Assembly: GCA_910586545.1 (NCBI GenBank)
Contig: CAJUIQ010000003.1
Span: forward strand, 9,779-73,778
Reading direction: 5' to 3'
DNA from: an uncultured Eubacteriales bacterium
GTDB taxonomy: Bacteria > Bacillota > Clostridia > Oscillospirales > CAG-272
Length of the DNA: 64,000 bases
This document shows positions 48,255-57,176 of this stretch, piece by piece; the stretch's first letter is position 1, and every line of letters begins with the position of its first letter. A program made the position numbers and the translations under genes. The notes beneath the pieces are model-generated. The model saw only the letters and a program-made list of their open reading frames with translations, did not search any database and had not been told where the DNA came from.

Positions 48255-49082
48255 TTATGCCTCTGAAAATCGATGGCTGCCAGAACGGTCTGCGCTGAGA
48301 ATACAGCCTACCGGGCAAACAGCCGCGCACTTGCCGCAGGCGATACACTTATCATAATCGATCCGGGCCAGATTTTCTTCTACCGTAATGGCGTCTGTGG
48401 GACATTCTTTTTCACATTTTCTGCAGGCGATACAACCATTGGTGCATTTCCCTCGCACCACCACGCCTGGTTCCTTGTTGCTGCAGGCAATCACCTCTCG
48501 TTTGACATCCGGAATCAGGGTAATAATCTGATTGGGGCACGTCTTTACACATAAGCCGCAGCCCACACATTTGGGTGTATGCACATGGGCGATTCCCTTT
48601 TCCAAATAAATCGCGTCATAGGGACAAATGGCAGCGCAATCGCCCTTTCCAAGACATCCGTACGTACACGCCTGCTGTCCGCCGTAGAGCATTTTAGCCC
48701 CGCTGCAGGTCTGCACGCCGCTGTAGCTTGCTTTCTGCATGGCGTGTTCGCAGTCGCCGCAGCAGTGTACAGCCGCCACCTGTTCCACAGTATTTTGAAA
48801 AGCTACCCCTAAAGCTTCAGATATTTGCTTCGATACCGCATCCGCTCCGGGGATACATAAATTGGTTTGTTTTTCCGTTCCATCCGACAACGCTCTAGCG
48901 TAGCCGTCACAGCCGGTATACCCGCAGGCGCCGCAGTTTACACCGGGAAGACAGGCCCGCAGTTCTTTTTCCAGTTTATTCTCCCGCACAGCCATAAATT
49001 TGGCCGCAGCAACAAGAATTACGGCGCAAAGCAGGCCAAGCCCGGCCACACAAGCTACAGCAGGCAAAATTGCTTCCAGCAT
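48255..49082 (-). CDS. rnfB: Rnf complex subunit B (polyferredoxin type)
   Basis: N-terminal anchor, CGACGYTGCDGYA, and several CxxCxxCxxxCP 4Fe-4S motifs. Confidence 0.9.
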   Translation of the reverse strand: MLEAILPAVACVAGLGLLCAVILVAAAKFMAVRENKLEKELRACLPGVNCGACGYTGCDGYARALSDGTEKQTNLCIPGADAVSKQISEALGVAFQNTVEQVAAVHCCGDCEHAMQKASYSGVQTCSGAKMLYGGQQACTYGCLGKGDCAAICPYDAIYLEKGIAHVHTPKCVGCGLCVKTCPNQIITLIPDVKREVIACSNKEPGVVVRGKCTNGCIACRKCEKECPTDAITVEENLARIDYDKCIACGKCAAVCPVGCILSADRSGSHRFSEA

Positions 49083-49094
49083 TTTGTCTCCCCC

Positions 49095-49691
49095 TCACAT
49101 AAACATGTTGTCGATCACACCGGCAAAACCATAAAATGCCAGCGCCACAATGGAAGCCGATATCAGCGTAATCGGCATACCTTCAAAGCATTTTGGCGGC
49201 TTCGCCGTTTCGATGCGCATCCGAACTCCCGCAAATAGCACCATTGCCAGCAGGAAGCCCAGACCACAGCCCAGCGCATTGGCCATCGCCTCTATAAACA
49301 GTTCATATCCTTCAGTAATATTGTTTTTCGCCACTCCCAGCACAGCGCAGTTTGTGGTAATCAGAGGCAAATAAATACCAAGGGAACGATGCAAAGCGGG
49401 CAAATACCGCTTCAGTATGATCTCCGCCAGCTGCACCAGCGCGGCGATGATCAGAATAAATACGATTGTCTGGAGATATTCCAGATGGAATGCTGTGAGC
49501 AAATAGGTATGGAGCGGCCATGTAGCCGCTGTGGCCAGCAGCATTACAAAGGTAACCGCAAGCCCCATGCCCACCGCAGAGTGCAGCTTTTTGGATACGC
49601 CCAGAAATGGACATATTCCTAAAAATTTCACCAGCACATAGTTGTTTACCAGCATAGCGGTGAAAATAATTACAACCAAATCCCGTATCAT
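49095..49691 (-). CDS. rnfA: Rnf complex subunit A
   Basis: NNYVLVKFLGICPFLGVS, with six-TM NqrE/RnfA colinearity. Confidence 0.95.
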   Translation of the reverse strand: MIRDLVVIIFTAMLVNNYVLVKFLGICPFLGVSKKLHSAVGMGLAVTFVMLLATAATWPLHTYLLTAFHLEYLQTIVFILIIAALVQLAEIILKRYLPALHRSLGIYLPLITTNCAVLGVAKNNITEGYELFIEAMANALGCGLGFLLAMVLFAGVRMRIETAKPPKCFEGMPITLISASIVALAFYGFAGVIDNMFM

Positions 49692-50416
49692 TTTCCACCC
49701 TCCTCTGCCGTATCGTCAGGGCCTTTTCCAGCCCCCGCACAATTATCTTTTTCAGCAGCGTTTTGCAGACTGCCGTCATTTGCGCCGCAAACTGCCGCGC
49801 CAGGACAGCCTGTACATCCAAAATCTCTGCCGGTTTTACGCTTTGTGACGGCGTTTACAATGGCAATCAATATACCAAACACAAAGAAGCCGCCGGGAGA
49901 ATTGACAAAAATCGGAATGGTAAAGTCAGACAGAACGGGAATTTCAAAGCCCATCCAAGACCCGGATCCAAAAATTTCACGGATAGAAGCCATGGCAAAC
50001 AAAGCCAGTGTAAAACCTACGCCCATTCCCAAGGCATCCACCGCCGAATCCAGAACCCTGTTTTTGCTGGCGTACACCTCTGCGCGGCCTAAAATGATAC
50101 AGTTGACTACGATCAGGGACAAAAACACGCCAAGAGCTTCATATAAATCCGGCACAAATGCATGCATTACCATTTCCACAGCTGTCACAAAGCCGGCAAT
50201 AATTACAATATAGCTGGGAATACGCACCTTATCCGGGATCATCCCGCGCAGAGCCGAAATAACAATATTTGACCCTAGCAGAACCGCAGTGGCGGCAGCG
50301 CCCATGCCGAAAGCATTGGCCACCGAGGTAGTGACAGCCAGCGTGGGACAGGTGCCCAGCAGCAAAATCAGCACCGGGTTTTCCCGAATGATCCCTTTCA
50401 GAAAATTATTCCACAT
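49688..50416 (-). CDS. rnfE: Rnf complex subunit E with a ~50-aa hydrophilic Cys-containing C-terminal tail
   Basis: ENPVLILLLGTCPTLAVTT block. The tail reads ...GCTGCPGAAVC...C... The gene overlaps the rnfA start by 4 nt. Confidence 0.9.
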   Translation of the reverse strand: MWNNFLKGIIRENPVLILLLGTCPTLAVTTSVANAFGMGAAATAVLLGSNIVISALRGMIPDKVRIPSYIVIIAGFVTAVEMVMHAFVPDLYEALGVFLSLIVVNCIILGRAEVYASKNRVLDSAVDALGMGVGFTLALFAMASIREIFGSGSWMGFEIPVLSDFTIPIFVNSPGGFFVFGILIAIVNAVTKRKTGRDFGCTGCPGAAVCGANDGSLQNAAEKDNCAGAGKGPDDTAEEGGK

Positions 50417-50438
50417 AGATTTATTCTCCGTTCTCTGC

Positions 50439-51683
50439 TTATTCTGCCGTCAGGTTGTCAAATGCGGCAAACACATCCTGTATCGCCGTCCATACCCCGC
50501 CCGCAGTCATCGTAGCTCCTGAAATAAGGGTAACATCCTGATCCGCGGTCTCTCTGGTAAGCCCAATGATACCCGCAATATAGGCGGACTCATCCAGTGT
50601 ATAATTGGAATAATAGTCGCTGTCCTGGATCAGTTCTCCGGACACACGCAGGCCGCTAATGGCGCCTGTGCTGTCCAGTACAAATATCAGCTTCATAGGT
50701 GTGCGGTATCCATAGGGACTGCACACCATGACATATGCGGCATTTTCTCCGCCGGACACAGCAAAAATGCTGGACACGGCGCCAAACTGACCGGACGCCG
50801 ATACCGGTGTGAGCTGCGCTCCCTCCGGAAGCGCTCTGGCCGCCGTCGTCTTGTTTTTCTCATGCACGGCGTCGGTATTGCTCCATTCCATCGCACGCTG
50901 CACCAATGCTGCATGCTGCTCCGTTACATCTATTTTCTCCAGATCCACGCAAACCGCGCCGCCAGTAGTGCTGACCACAACGATGAGGGTCTCGCCGTTC
51001 TCTTCTATTACATAAAAATAGCCTACATCATTTTCCGCCTGCAGCGCCTGCTGTACAGATGGGTCAGGCAGAGTCATTTCTTTCAGTTTAGGCGCACCTG
51101 CCTGATTGAGCGCACCAGGAAGCAGTTCTCCCTTTAGCTCTTCAATAATCTGTTCATCCGTTTTATTGCCCTGGGCCACACCACCCAGCTCCACCAACAC
51201 GGCAAAGGCGTCCTCTACCGCACCTCGAAAAGCCTTGGAAGAATATGTGACGCCGGCATGTACATCCACACCGCCAAGGGCGGAATCCTGCCCGATATAG
51301 GTATCAGGGTAATCTCCAAAATCCTTTGATTCTGCGTAGTTGGTCATTTCCACTCCGGTAATTTTTCCATCTGTACCCACACCCAGCGTAAAAGTCATAG
51401 GCGTGGCGGAATAAGAGGATACAGCAGACAGAGTCACAGCATAGCCGCTCCCGCCTGTATCTCGAAATACTCCGGTAACTGTTCCGGGAACTTCCCCCTC
51501 CAGCGTCTCTTCCTCAAAACCCGCCGCATTGGGAAGCACCGCATACAGAGACGCCTGGGCGCCGCTGACTGCAGATTTCTCTATAATCGGGGCAGTAATA
51601 TGGTTCACCCCCGCCAGGAGAGCCGCCACAACAAGGCATATAACCGTTAAAACCACAATGCATTTTGGTGCTTCGTGTTTCAT
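50439..51683 (-). CDS. rnfG: Rnf complex subunit G, double-length (two FMN_bind-like domains)
   Basis: N-terminal anchor plus a first domain ending DVHAGVTYSSKAF, then a second domain with the canonical DVTLISGATMTAGG. 414 aa. Confidence 0.85.
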   Translation of the reverse strand: MKHEAPKCIVVLTVICLVVAALLAGVNHITAPIIEKSAVSGAQASLYAVLPNAAGFEEETLEGEVPGTVTGVFRDTGGSGYAVTLSAVSSYSATPMTFTLGVGTDGKITGVEMTNYAESKDFGDYPDTYIGQDSALGGVDVHAGVTYSSKAFRGAVEDAFAVLVELGGVAQGNKTDEQIIEELKGELLPGALNQAGAPKLKEMTLPDPSVQQALQAENDVGYFYVIEENGETLIVVVSTTGGAVCVDLEKIDVTEQHAALVQRAMEWSNTDAVHEKNKTTAARALPEGAQLTPVSASGQFGAVSSIFAVSGGENAAYVMVCSPYGYRTPMKLIFVLDSTGAISGLRVSGELIQDSDYYSNYTLDESAYIAGIIGLTRETADQDVTLISGATMTAGGVWTAIQDVFAAFDNLTAE

Positions 51684-51710
51684 ATGGACTACCGTTTCCT
51701 TTCCCGTATA

Positions 51711-52676
51711 TTACGTTTTTTGTACTTTCTCTGCCCGCACAGCTCCGAATACTTTTCTAGCACAGAGCTTTGTAATATACGGGGTGAGGATATTCATCAG
51801 CAAAATAGCAAAGGATACGCCCTCCGGATAGGTTCCCCACAGACGAATCGCCGCAGTGATAATGCCGCATCCAATGCCGAACAGGAGCTTACCCCATCCG
51901 GTAGGCGGGGAGGTAGCATAATCGGTAGCCATGAAAAACGCTCCTAGCATCAGTCCTCCGGAAAGGATCTGATAGAGCGCAGCCTCCAGGCTGAAATCCC
52001 CCGCAAAAAAGGAAATCAGAAATACCGTACCAATAAAAGCCACAGGGGTATGCCAGGTGATTATCCTTCGAATCAGCAAATAGACCCCGCCGATAAGCAG
52101 CGCCAGGGCGCAGGTCTCCCCCATACAGCCCGCATGTTTTCCAAGGACAAGATCAAACAAGGAAGGCAGCTTTTCCGTGCCCTCCGCCGCCATAGCCAAA
52201 GGCGTAGCGCTACTGATCAGATCGCCGCTGGAGAAGCCTGTCGGCTTTGTCCAGTATGTCATAGATTGAGAGAAGGACAGCAGCAATACAATTCGCGCCG
52301 TAATGGCAGGGTTGGCAAAATTGCAGCCAATACCGCCGAACAGCTGCTTTACAATAACGATAGCCACTACACTGCCTACAATAGCCTGCCATTCCGGAAT
52401 AGACACCGGCAAATTAAAGGCAAGGAGCATACCCGTAACCACAGCGGACAAATCCCCGATGGAGGGGGTACGTTTGGTGACCAATTGAAAAATCAGTTCA
52501 GACAGCACACATGCAAGTACGCAAATAGCCGTGATGTATAACGCCCGAGCGCCGAACAACCAAACAGCTGCCACAAGCGCCGGACAAAGCGCAATCACCA
52601 CATCCAGCATAATACCGCCGGTGGTGACGCTGCTTCGAATATGAGGAGATACCGTGATCTGCAGTTTTTGATCCAT
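51711..52676 (-). CDS. rnfD: Rnf complex subunit D
   Basis: NqrB/RnfD colinearity with the SSATPL flavinylation-site block. Confidence 0.95.
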   Translation of the reverse strand: MDQKLQITVSPHIRSSVTTGGIMLDVVIALCPALVAAVWLFGARALYITAICVLACVLSELIFQLVTKRTPSIGDLSAVVTGMLLAFNLPVSIPEWQAIVGSVVAIVIVKQLFGGIGCNFANPAITARIVLLLSFSQSMTYWTKPTGFSSGDLISSATPLAMAAEGTEKLPSLFDLVLGKHAGCMGETCALALLIGGVYLLIRRIITWHTPVAFIGTVFLISFFAGDFSLEAALYQILSGGLMLGAFFMATDYATSPPTGWGKLLFGIGCGIITAAIRLWGTYPEGVSFAILLMNILTPYITKLCARKVFGAVRAEKVQKT

Positions 52677-52705
52677 TTTGCAATCCCTTTCCGTATCCTA
52701 CAAAG

Positions 52706-54022
52706 TCACTTTTTCGATTTCTGCCATGCGGCCAGCGCCGCCTTAGCCAGTTTATTCTGCTGCACCAGCGGCCGTTTTGCCGGGCAGACATAGCTGCAAC
52801 AGCCGCATTCCATACATAAATTCGCATGAACCTTTTGCAGCGCTTCCATATTGCCGCTGCCGTATGCCGTCGCAATAGAAACCGGGGCCAGTCCAATGGG
52901 ACAGATATTGGTGCACCGGCCACAGCGGATACAATTGGTAGCGTCCACCGGCGCTGCATCTCGGACATCCAGAGCAAGCAGTGCATTGGTCTGCTTTAAA
53001 ACAGGCATATGCAAGTCCGGCACGGATACTCCCATCATGGGACCGCCATATAAAACTTTTCCCGGCTGACTTTTGAAGCCGCCGCAGAAATCAAACACAG
53101 CCTGCAGCGTGGCGCCGATAGGCACAATCACATTTTGCGGATTCGCCACCGCGGATCCGTCTACGGTAACGCATTTCTCTACAAGGGGCATGCCCGTACG
53201 AATATAGCGGGCGATAGTCGCCAGCGTAGTACAGTTCAATACGATTACGCCTACGTCAATCGGCAGGCCGCCCTCCGGCACAACCTTTCCGGTAGTATGG
53301 TAAATGAGAACCTTTTCCGCGCCCTGAGGATAGATAGAAGGCAGTTCTTTTACAATGACTTTCCCGTCGCTGCCGGCAATCTGCTTCATAGCACGGATAC
53401 ACTGCGGTTTGTTCTTTTCTACACCAATAATAATTTTCTTCGCTCCAAGATACTTTTGGAGCAGATGGATTCCCTCCAAAATGTCCTGACTGCGATCCAA
53501 CATGGTGCGGGTGTCGCTGGTAATGTATGGTTCGCACTCCGCTCCGTTGATAACGATTTCCTGAATTCGAGACGGATCTCCAATGTCCAGCTTCACACCG
53601 GTTGGAAATCCCGCGCCGCCCAAGCCAACCACACCGCTGTCCCGCACCGCCTGAACAAACGACTGTGTATCGGACACCTGAACAGGCGCCAGCCCAGGAT
53701 CCGGAGTCATGGCACCGTCCGGCTTTATGAAGACGGCGGGCACATAGTTCCCGCTGGACAAAAGTACTTCTTCAATTTTCTCCACCGTGCCGGACACACC
53801 GGAATATATGGGGGAAGAAACAGCCCCAGCGCCTTCGGCAAGCAGCGTGCCCACGCACACTGTGTCGCCCTTCTTCCGGACAGGCGTCGCCGGCGCGCCG
53901 ATATGCTGCGTCATAGGATATATGGCAATATCCAACGCTGTCATGTAGGCGGGAGCGCTGTCCGCGGTAGACTTCAAGTGGGGGACGCGTACCCCCTTCA
54001 TCCGTTTCATTTCTTTGACCAT
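52706..54022 (-). CDS. rnfC: Rnf complex subunit C
   Basis: VGLGGAGFPT and two 4Fe-4S motifs (CIRCGRCTNICP, CMECGCCSYVCP). The start is uncertain among ATGs at 54022, 54010 and 54001. The track start at 54133 lies only ~14 nt from the predicted TSS. Confidence 0.9.
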   Translation of the reverse strand: MVKEMKRMKGVRVPHLKSTADSAPAYMTALDIAIYPMTQHIGAPATPVRKKGDTVCVGTLLAEGAGAVSSPIYSGVSGTVEKIEEVLLSSGNYVPAVFIKPDGAMTPDPGLAPVQVSDTQSFVQAVRDSGVVGLGGAGFPTGVKLDIGDPSRIQEIVINGAECEPYITSDTRTMLDRSQDILEGIHLLQKYLGAKKIIIGVEKNKPQCIRAMKQIAGSDGKVIVKELPSIYPQGAEKVLIYHTTGKVVPEGGLPIDVGVIVLNCTTLATIARYIRTGMPLVEKCVTVDGSAVANPQNVIVPIGATLQAVFDFCGGFKSQPGKVLYGGPMMGVSVPDLHMPVLKQTNALLALDVRDAAPVDATNCIRCGRCTNICPIGLAPVSIATAYGSGNMEALQKVHANLCMECGCCSYVCPAKRPLVQQNKLAKAALAAWQKSKK

Positions 54023-54153
54023 ACCTTTCTTGGCGTTTGCGTTATTTTTTGTAAAAATACTGCGCCATTTCACATAAATCGCAAATGAGAGTTTGTAAAC
54101 AGCACACTCGCAAACCGCCACCTTTTTTTGCACCGTGCATACAAATTTATTTT

Positions 54154-54182
54154 ATTATAAACTGCCAGGTAATAAATGTCAA
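54154..54182 (-). promoter_or_regulatory. consensus sigma-A promoter of rnfCDGEAB
   Basis: On the minus strand: TTGACA (54182-54177), a 17-nt spacer, then TATAAT (54159-54154). Confidence 0.6.
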
Positions 54183-54235
54183 TTCCTAAGGGCATGATAT
54201 AGTATTATAATTATAAAGATAATTTACCGTAAGGA

Positions 54236-54264
54236 TTGCATATTGAAACACAACGTGCTATAAT
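54236..54264 (+). promoter_or_regulatory. sigma-A promoter of the mrp-like operon
   Basis: TTGCAT (54236-54241), a 17-nt spacer, then TATAAT (54259-54264) preceded by TGC (extended -10). Confidence 0.6.
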
Positions 54265-54318
54265 AGCGCTGCCTTGTGCATGACCTATTTATTCAGAGAA
54301 GAAAAGAGTGCTATAATC

Positions 54319-54786
54319 ATGATTATACTGCTGTTTGTATTCTGGCTGATACTCAGCCAGCAAATCACCTTGGAAATCTGTATATTCGGGCTGCTGATTA
54401 CCGGATGCGTGGCTGTTTTTATGTGTCGGCATCTGGGATATTCTCTGCGCACGGAATGGGAAATCTGGAGGAATATACTGTTAGGATGCGCCTATTTGCT
54501 GGTTCTGATACTGGAAATCTTAAAAGCCAACTGGACTGTGGCGGGAATTATCCTGGGGAGACGGAAGCGATATCGCCCCGCAATCGTGTGCGTGCAAATT
54601 CCCCTACAGCGACCGGTTCTGCAAGCAATTTACGCCAATTCCATTACCATTACTCCCGGAACGATTACCGTAGAACAAGAGAATAATGTCTACACCGTCC
54701 ACTGTCTGGACCAAAATATGGCGGCGGGGCTTGCCGACAGCACCTTGCTAAAAATTCTGCAAAAAATGGAGGGAACAAAGGCATGA
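54319..54786 (+). CDS. mrpE: Na+/H+ antiporter subunit E (MrpE/MnhE, MbhA-like)
   Basis: MIILLFVFWLILSQ... and LKANWTVAGIILG blocks. The start is at the internal ATG 54319. Confidence 0.8.
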   Translation: MIILLFVFWLILSQQITLEICIFGLLITGCVAVFMCRHLGYSLRTEWEIWRNILLGCAYLLVLILEILKANWTVAGIILGRRKRYRPAIVCVQIPLQRPVLQAIYANSITITPGTITVEQENNVYTVHCLDQNMAAGLADSTLLKILQKMEGTKA

Positions 54787-55109
54787 GTGTCGAAACTGCA
54801 TATCGTCTGCTTTTTCAAGGTACATTGATCGTTCTTTCTGCTATGGTCATCGTAGCGCTGATTCGAACAGTCACCGGCAGGCTTACCGTAGATAAAATCA
54901 TCGGCATCAACCTGATCAGCACCATTGTAGTAATTGCAATCTGCGTGCTTGCCGTCCTTTTTCAGGAGAATTATATTGTGGACATTGCCATGGTATATGT
55001 GATGATTTCTTTTGTAGCGGTGATGATCCTGTGTAAAATCTACATCAATCTGTTTGCCGCGCCTGGAAACAGAAAGCAAAGGAAAGGACGAGAACGACAT
55101 GACGATTGA
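54783..55109 (+). CDS. mrpF: monovalent cation/H+ antiporter subunit F (MrpF/MnhF)
   Basis: Three helices and the block LIRTVTGRLTVDKIIGINLIST. It overlaps mrpE by 4 nt. Confidence 0.85.
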   Translation: MSVETAYRLLFQGTLIVLSAMVIVALIRTVTGRLTVDKIIGINLISTIVVIAICVLAVLFQENYIVDIAMVYVMISFVAVMILCKIYINLFAAPGNRKQRKGRERHDD

Positions 55110-55452
55110 ATGGATTCGCTTTTGGATTGTGGCAGTACTTACACTGCTGGGAATATTAACGCTTGCTATAGCCATATTTGGCACGTTTCGTTTTCAGTTT
55201 GCTCTGAACCGTATTCACTCCGCGGCGATAGCAGACACGCTGGCTCTGATTTTGTTTGTTGCCGCTTTGGCGTTGCATGAAGGCGCCGCCCCCATATCTC
55301 TGAAACTACTGCTTGTGGTGGGATTCCAATGGTGCACCAGCCCGGTTTCATCCCACTTGCTTACAAAATTTGAATATATGACAGACAAAACCCTGGCTCG
55401 GTACTGCATACTGCCGGACAACGAAAAAAGCAGAAAAGATGCGGCAAAGTAA
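55099..55452 (+). CDS. mrpG: monovalent cation/H+ antiporter subunit G (MrpG/MnhG)
   Basis: Block FGTFRFQFALNRIHSAAIADTL. The start is at ATG 55099 and overlaps mrpF. Confidence 0.85.
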   Translation: MTIEWIRFWIVAVLTLLGILTLAIAIFGTFRFQFALNRIHSAAIADTLALILFVAALALHEGAAPISLKLLLVVGFQWCTSPVSSHLLTKFEYMTDKTLARYCILPDNEKSRKDAAK

Positions 55453-55503
55453 ACCCGGCGGGTAATTTTCTTTCCAGTTTTATAGAAAGGGGTTGTTTTA
55501 ACA

Positions 55504-55815
55504 ATGCTTCGTGAAATATTTTTACTGCTGCTTTTGGGCGGCCTGATTTTCTGCGCCGTAGCCACTGCTGTTTCCCGCAGACTGATGCGTACCGTCATTA
55601 TTTTCATGGCGTACAGCCTGATTATGTCTGTGGTTTGGCTGCTACTGGAAGCGCCGGATTTAGGCATCACGGAAGCGGCGGTAGGTGCCGGCGTTACAGG
55701 GATTCTGTTTTACTTGGCATTGCGCAGAATCCATCAATTTGACAAAGACGCCGCGGATGCAGAAGTAAAGAACGAGAAATCCGATAAAGAAAACGGATCC
55801 GTTGAAGGGAAGTGA
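55504..55815 (+). CDS. DUF4040 protein (MbhD / MrpA C-terminal-domain-like)
   Basis: 103 aa, three helices, block LLEAPDLGITEAAVGAGVTGILF. Confidence 0.75.
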   Translation: MLREIFLLLLLGGLIFCAVATAVSRRLMRTVIIFMAYSLIMSVVWLLLEAPDLGITEAAVGAGVTGILFYLALRRIHQFDKDAADAEVKNEKSDKENGSVEGK

Positions 55816-56735
55816 GACAGATGCGCAGGTCCTTTTTACAAAAGCTTTCCGCATGGTACAAGGGAAGCTATGATTTTACACTGAAAACAGCCGATCAAAT
55901 AGACGCCCGCATGGCGCACGAATATACAGGCAAGGAGCATAAGCTGCGGGAAGTGGAGCGCAGGGAACTGGTGTTCTCCGGAGTCTTATACAATATCCTA
56001 TGCGTACTGTTTTGCCTGATTTTTATCGGCGTGCTGCTGTGGTCCGTACTGTTTCTGCCGCCCCATGGAAGCCCAGACAATCCGGCAGTCAACGAAGTGA
56101 TGGACAGGTATGTCGCTGCTGGCATGGAAGAAACTGGAGCGGTGAATACGGTGGCCGGTATGATTTTAGATTACCGTGCCTTTGATACGCTGGGAGAATC
56201 CTTTGTTTTGTTCACAGCGGTTTGTGCCGTAACGATTCTCATGAAGAACACCAAAGAAAGCGCGGCGGATGGAACGCCCATTCCCATGATTGTAAAACCG
56301 GGCATTGTGGAATATTCCAAAGACAATATCGTAAAAACCGTCAGCCGTTTTTTGATTCCCTTTATTTTGGTATTCGGCATATATGTGCTCCTCAACGGAC
56401 ATTTATCTCCGGGGGGCGGCTTCTCCGGCGGCGCGATCCTGGGAAGCGCGCTGATTCTCTATGCTATGGTATACGGAGAAGACCGGGCGGCGGCAGTATT
56501 CAGTGAGCGACTGATAAAAACAATCATACTCATATCCCTTAGCTTTTATGCCATCGCGAAATCCTACTCGTTTTTCACTGGTGCAAACCATTTGAAATCG
56601 ATTATCTCTACAGGTACGCCTGGTCGGATTTTGTCGGCGGGTTTGATTCTCCCGCTGAATATTGCGGTAGGGATTGTGGTCTGCTGCACGATGTATTCCT
56701 TTTATATGTATTTTCGAAGGGGACGCATCCAATAA
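55812..56735 (+). CDS. MnhB/MrpB domain protein with an extra charged N-terminal extension
   Basis: Signature GAVNTVAGMILDYRAFDTLGESFVLFTAV and NGHLSPGGGFSGGA. The first ~55 aa are hydrophilic. The GTG start overlaps the previous stop. Confidence 0.8.
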   Translation: MRQMRRSFLQKLSAWYKGSYDFTLKTADQIDARMAHEYTGKEHKLREVERRELVFSGVLYNILCVLFCLIFIGVLLWSVLFLPPHGSPDNPAVNEVMDRYVAAGMEETGAVNTVAGMILDYRAFDTLGESFVLFTAVCAVTILMKNTKESAADGTPIPMIVKPGIVEYSKDNIVKTVSRFLIPFILVFGIYVLLNGHLSPGGGFSGGAILGSALILYAMVYGEDRAAAVFSERLIKTIILISLSFYAIAKSYSFFTGANHLKSIISTGTPGRILSAGLILPLNIAVGIVVCCTMYSFYMYFRRGRIQ

Positions 56736-56777
56736 CCGCTTTTATCATGTATAAATCATTGACAGAAAGGAACGGCT

Positions 56778-57176
56778 ATGTTTACATCATTTAAAGATTT
56801 GTGGGTACATCTGACAGACAATTATATTGTCGTCGTCTCCATTATTCTGTTTGGAATTGGTTTTACCACCCTGCTTTTTTCCCGCAATCTTTTGAAAAAA
56901 GTGGTCGGACTGAATATTATGGACACCGGTGTATATCTTTTACTGGTCTCCATGGGGTTTATCGACGGCCGGCACGCACCGATTATTGCAAACGGAATTA
57001 CGGATACCGCGCATTACATCAATCCTATCCCTAGCGGGCTGGTGCTCACAGGAATCGTCGTATCCGTCAGCGTGACGGCGATTATGTTATCTTTGATTGT
57101 CCGGCTTTACGAAAAATATCACTCTCTCAATCTGGACGTAATTTATGAACTTAGAAATAAGGAGGAGCATGCCTGA
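56778..57176 (+). CDS. mrpC: cation:proton antiporter subunit C (MrpC / NuoK-like)
   Basis: Three helices, block LLKKVVGLNIMDTGVYLLLVS. Confidence 0.85.
   Translation: MFTSFKDLWVHLTDNYIVVVSIILFGIGFTTLLFSRNLLKKVVGLNIMDTGVYLLLVSMGFIDGRHAPIIANGITDTAHYINPIPSGLVLTGIVVSVSVTAIMLSLIVRLYEKYHSLNLDVIYELRNKEEHA

Noticed and set aside
54023-54133. The N-terminal 37-codon extension of rnfC in the ORF track (MQKKVAVCECAVYKL...).
   Set aside because: The ATG at 54133 would lie only about 14 nt from the transcription start predicted by the consensus promoter and has no SD. The RnfC-like sequence begins near MKGVRVPHLK, so I treat the extension as 5' UTR.
54259-54282. The mrp promoter sequence TATAATAGCGCTGCCTTGTGC resembles the two ends of the conserved element (TATAATAGC... 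and ...GCGCTGCC[GCC]CTGTGC of copy 2). It looks like an internally deleted fourth copy.
   Set aside because: The matches are only about 9 + 8 + 5 nt, and the first block is mostly the generic -10 hexamer. This is too short to distinguish from chance without genome-wide statistics.
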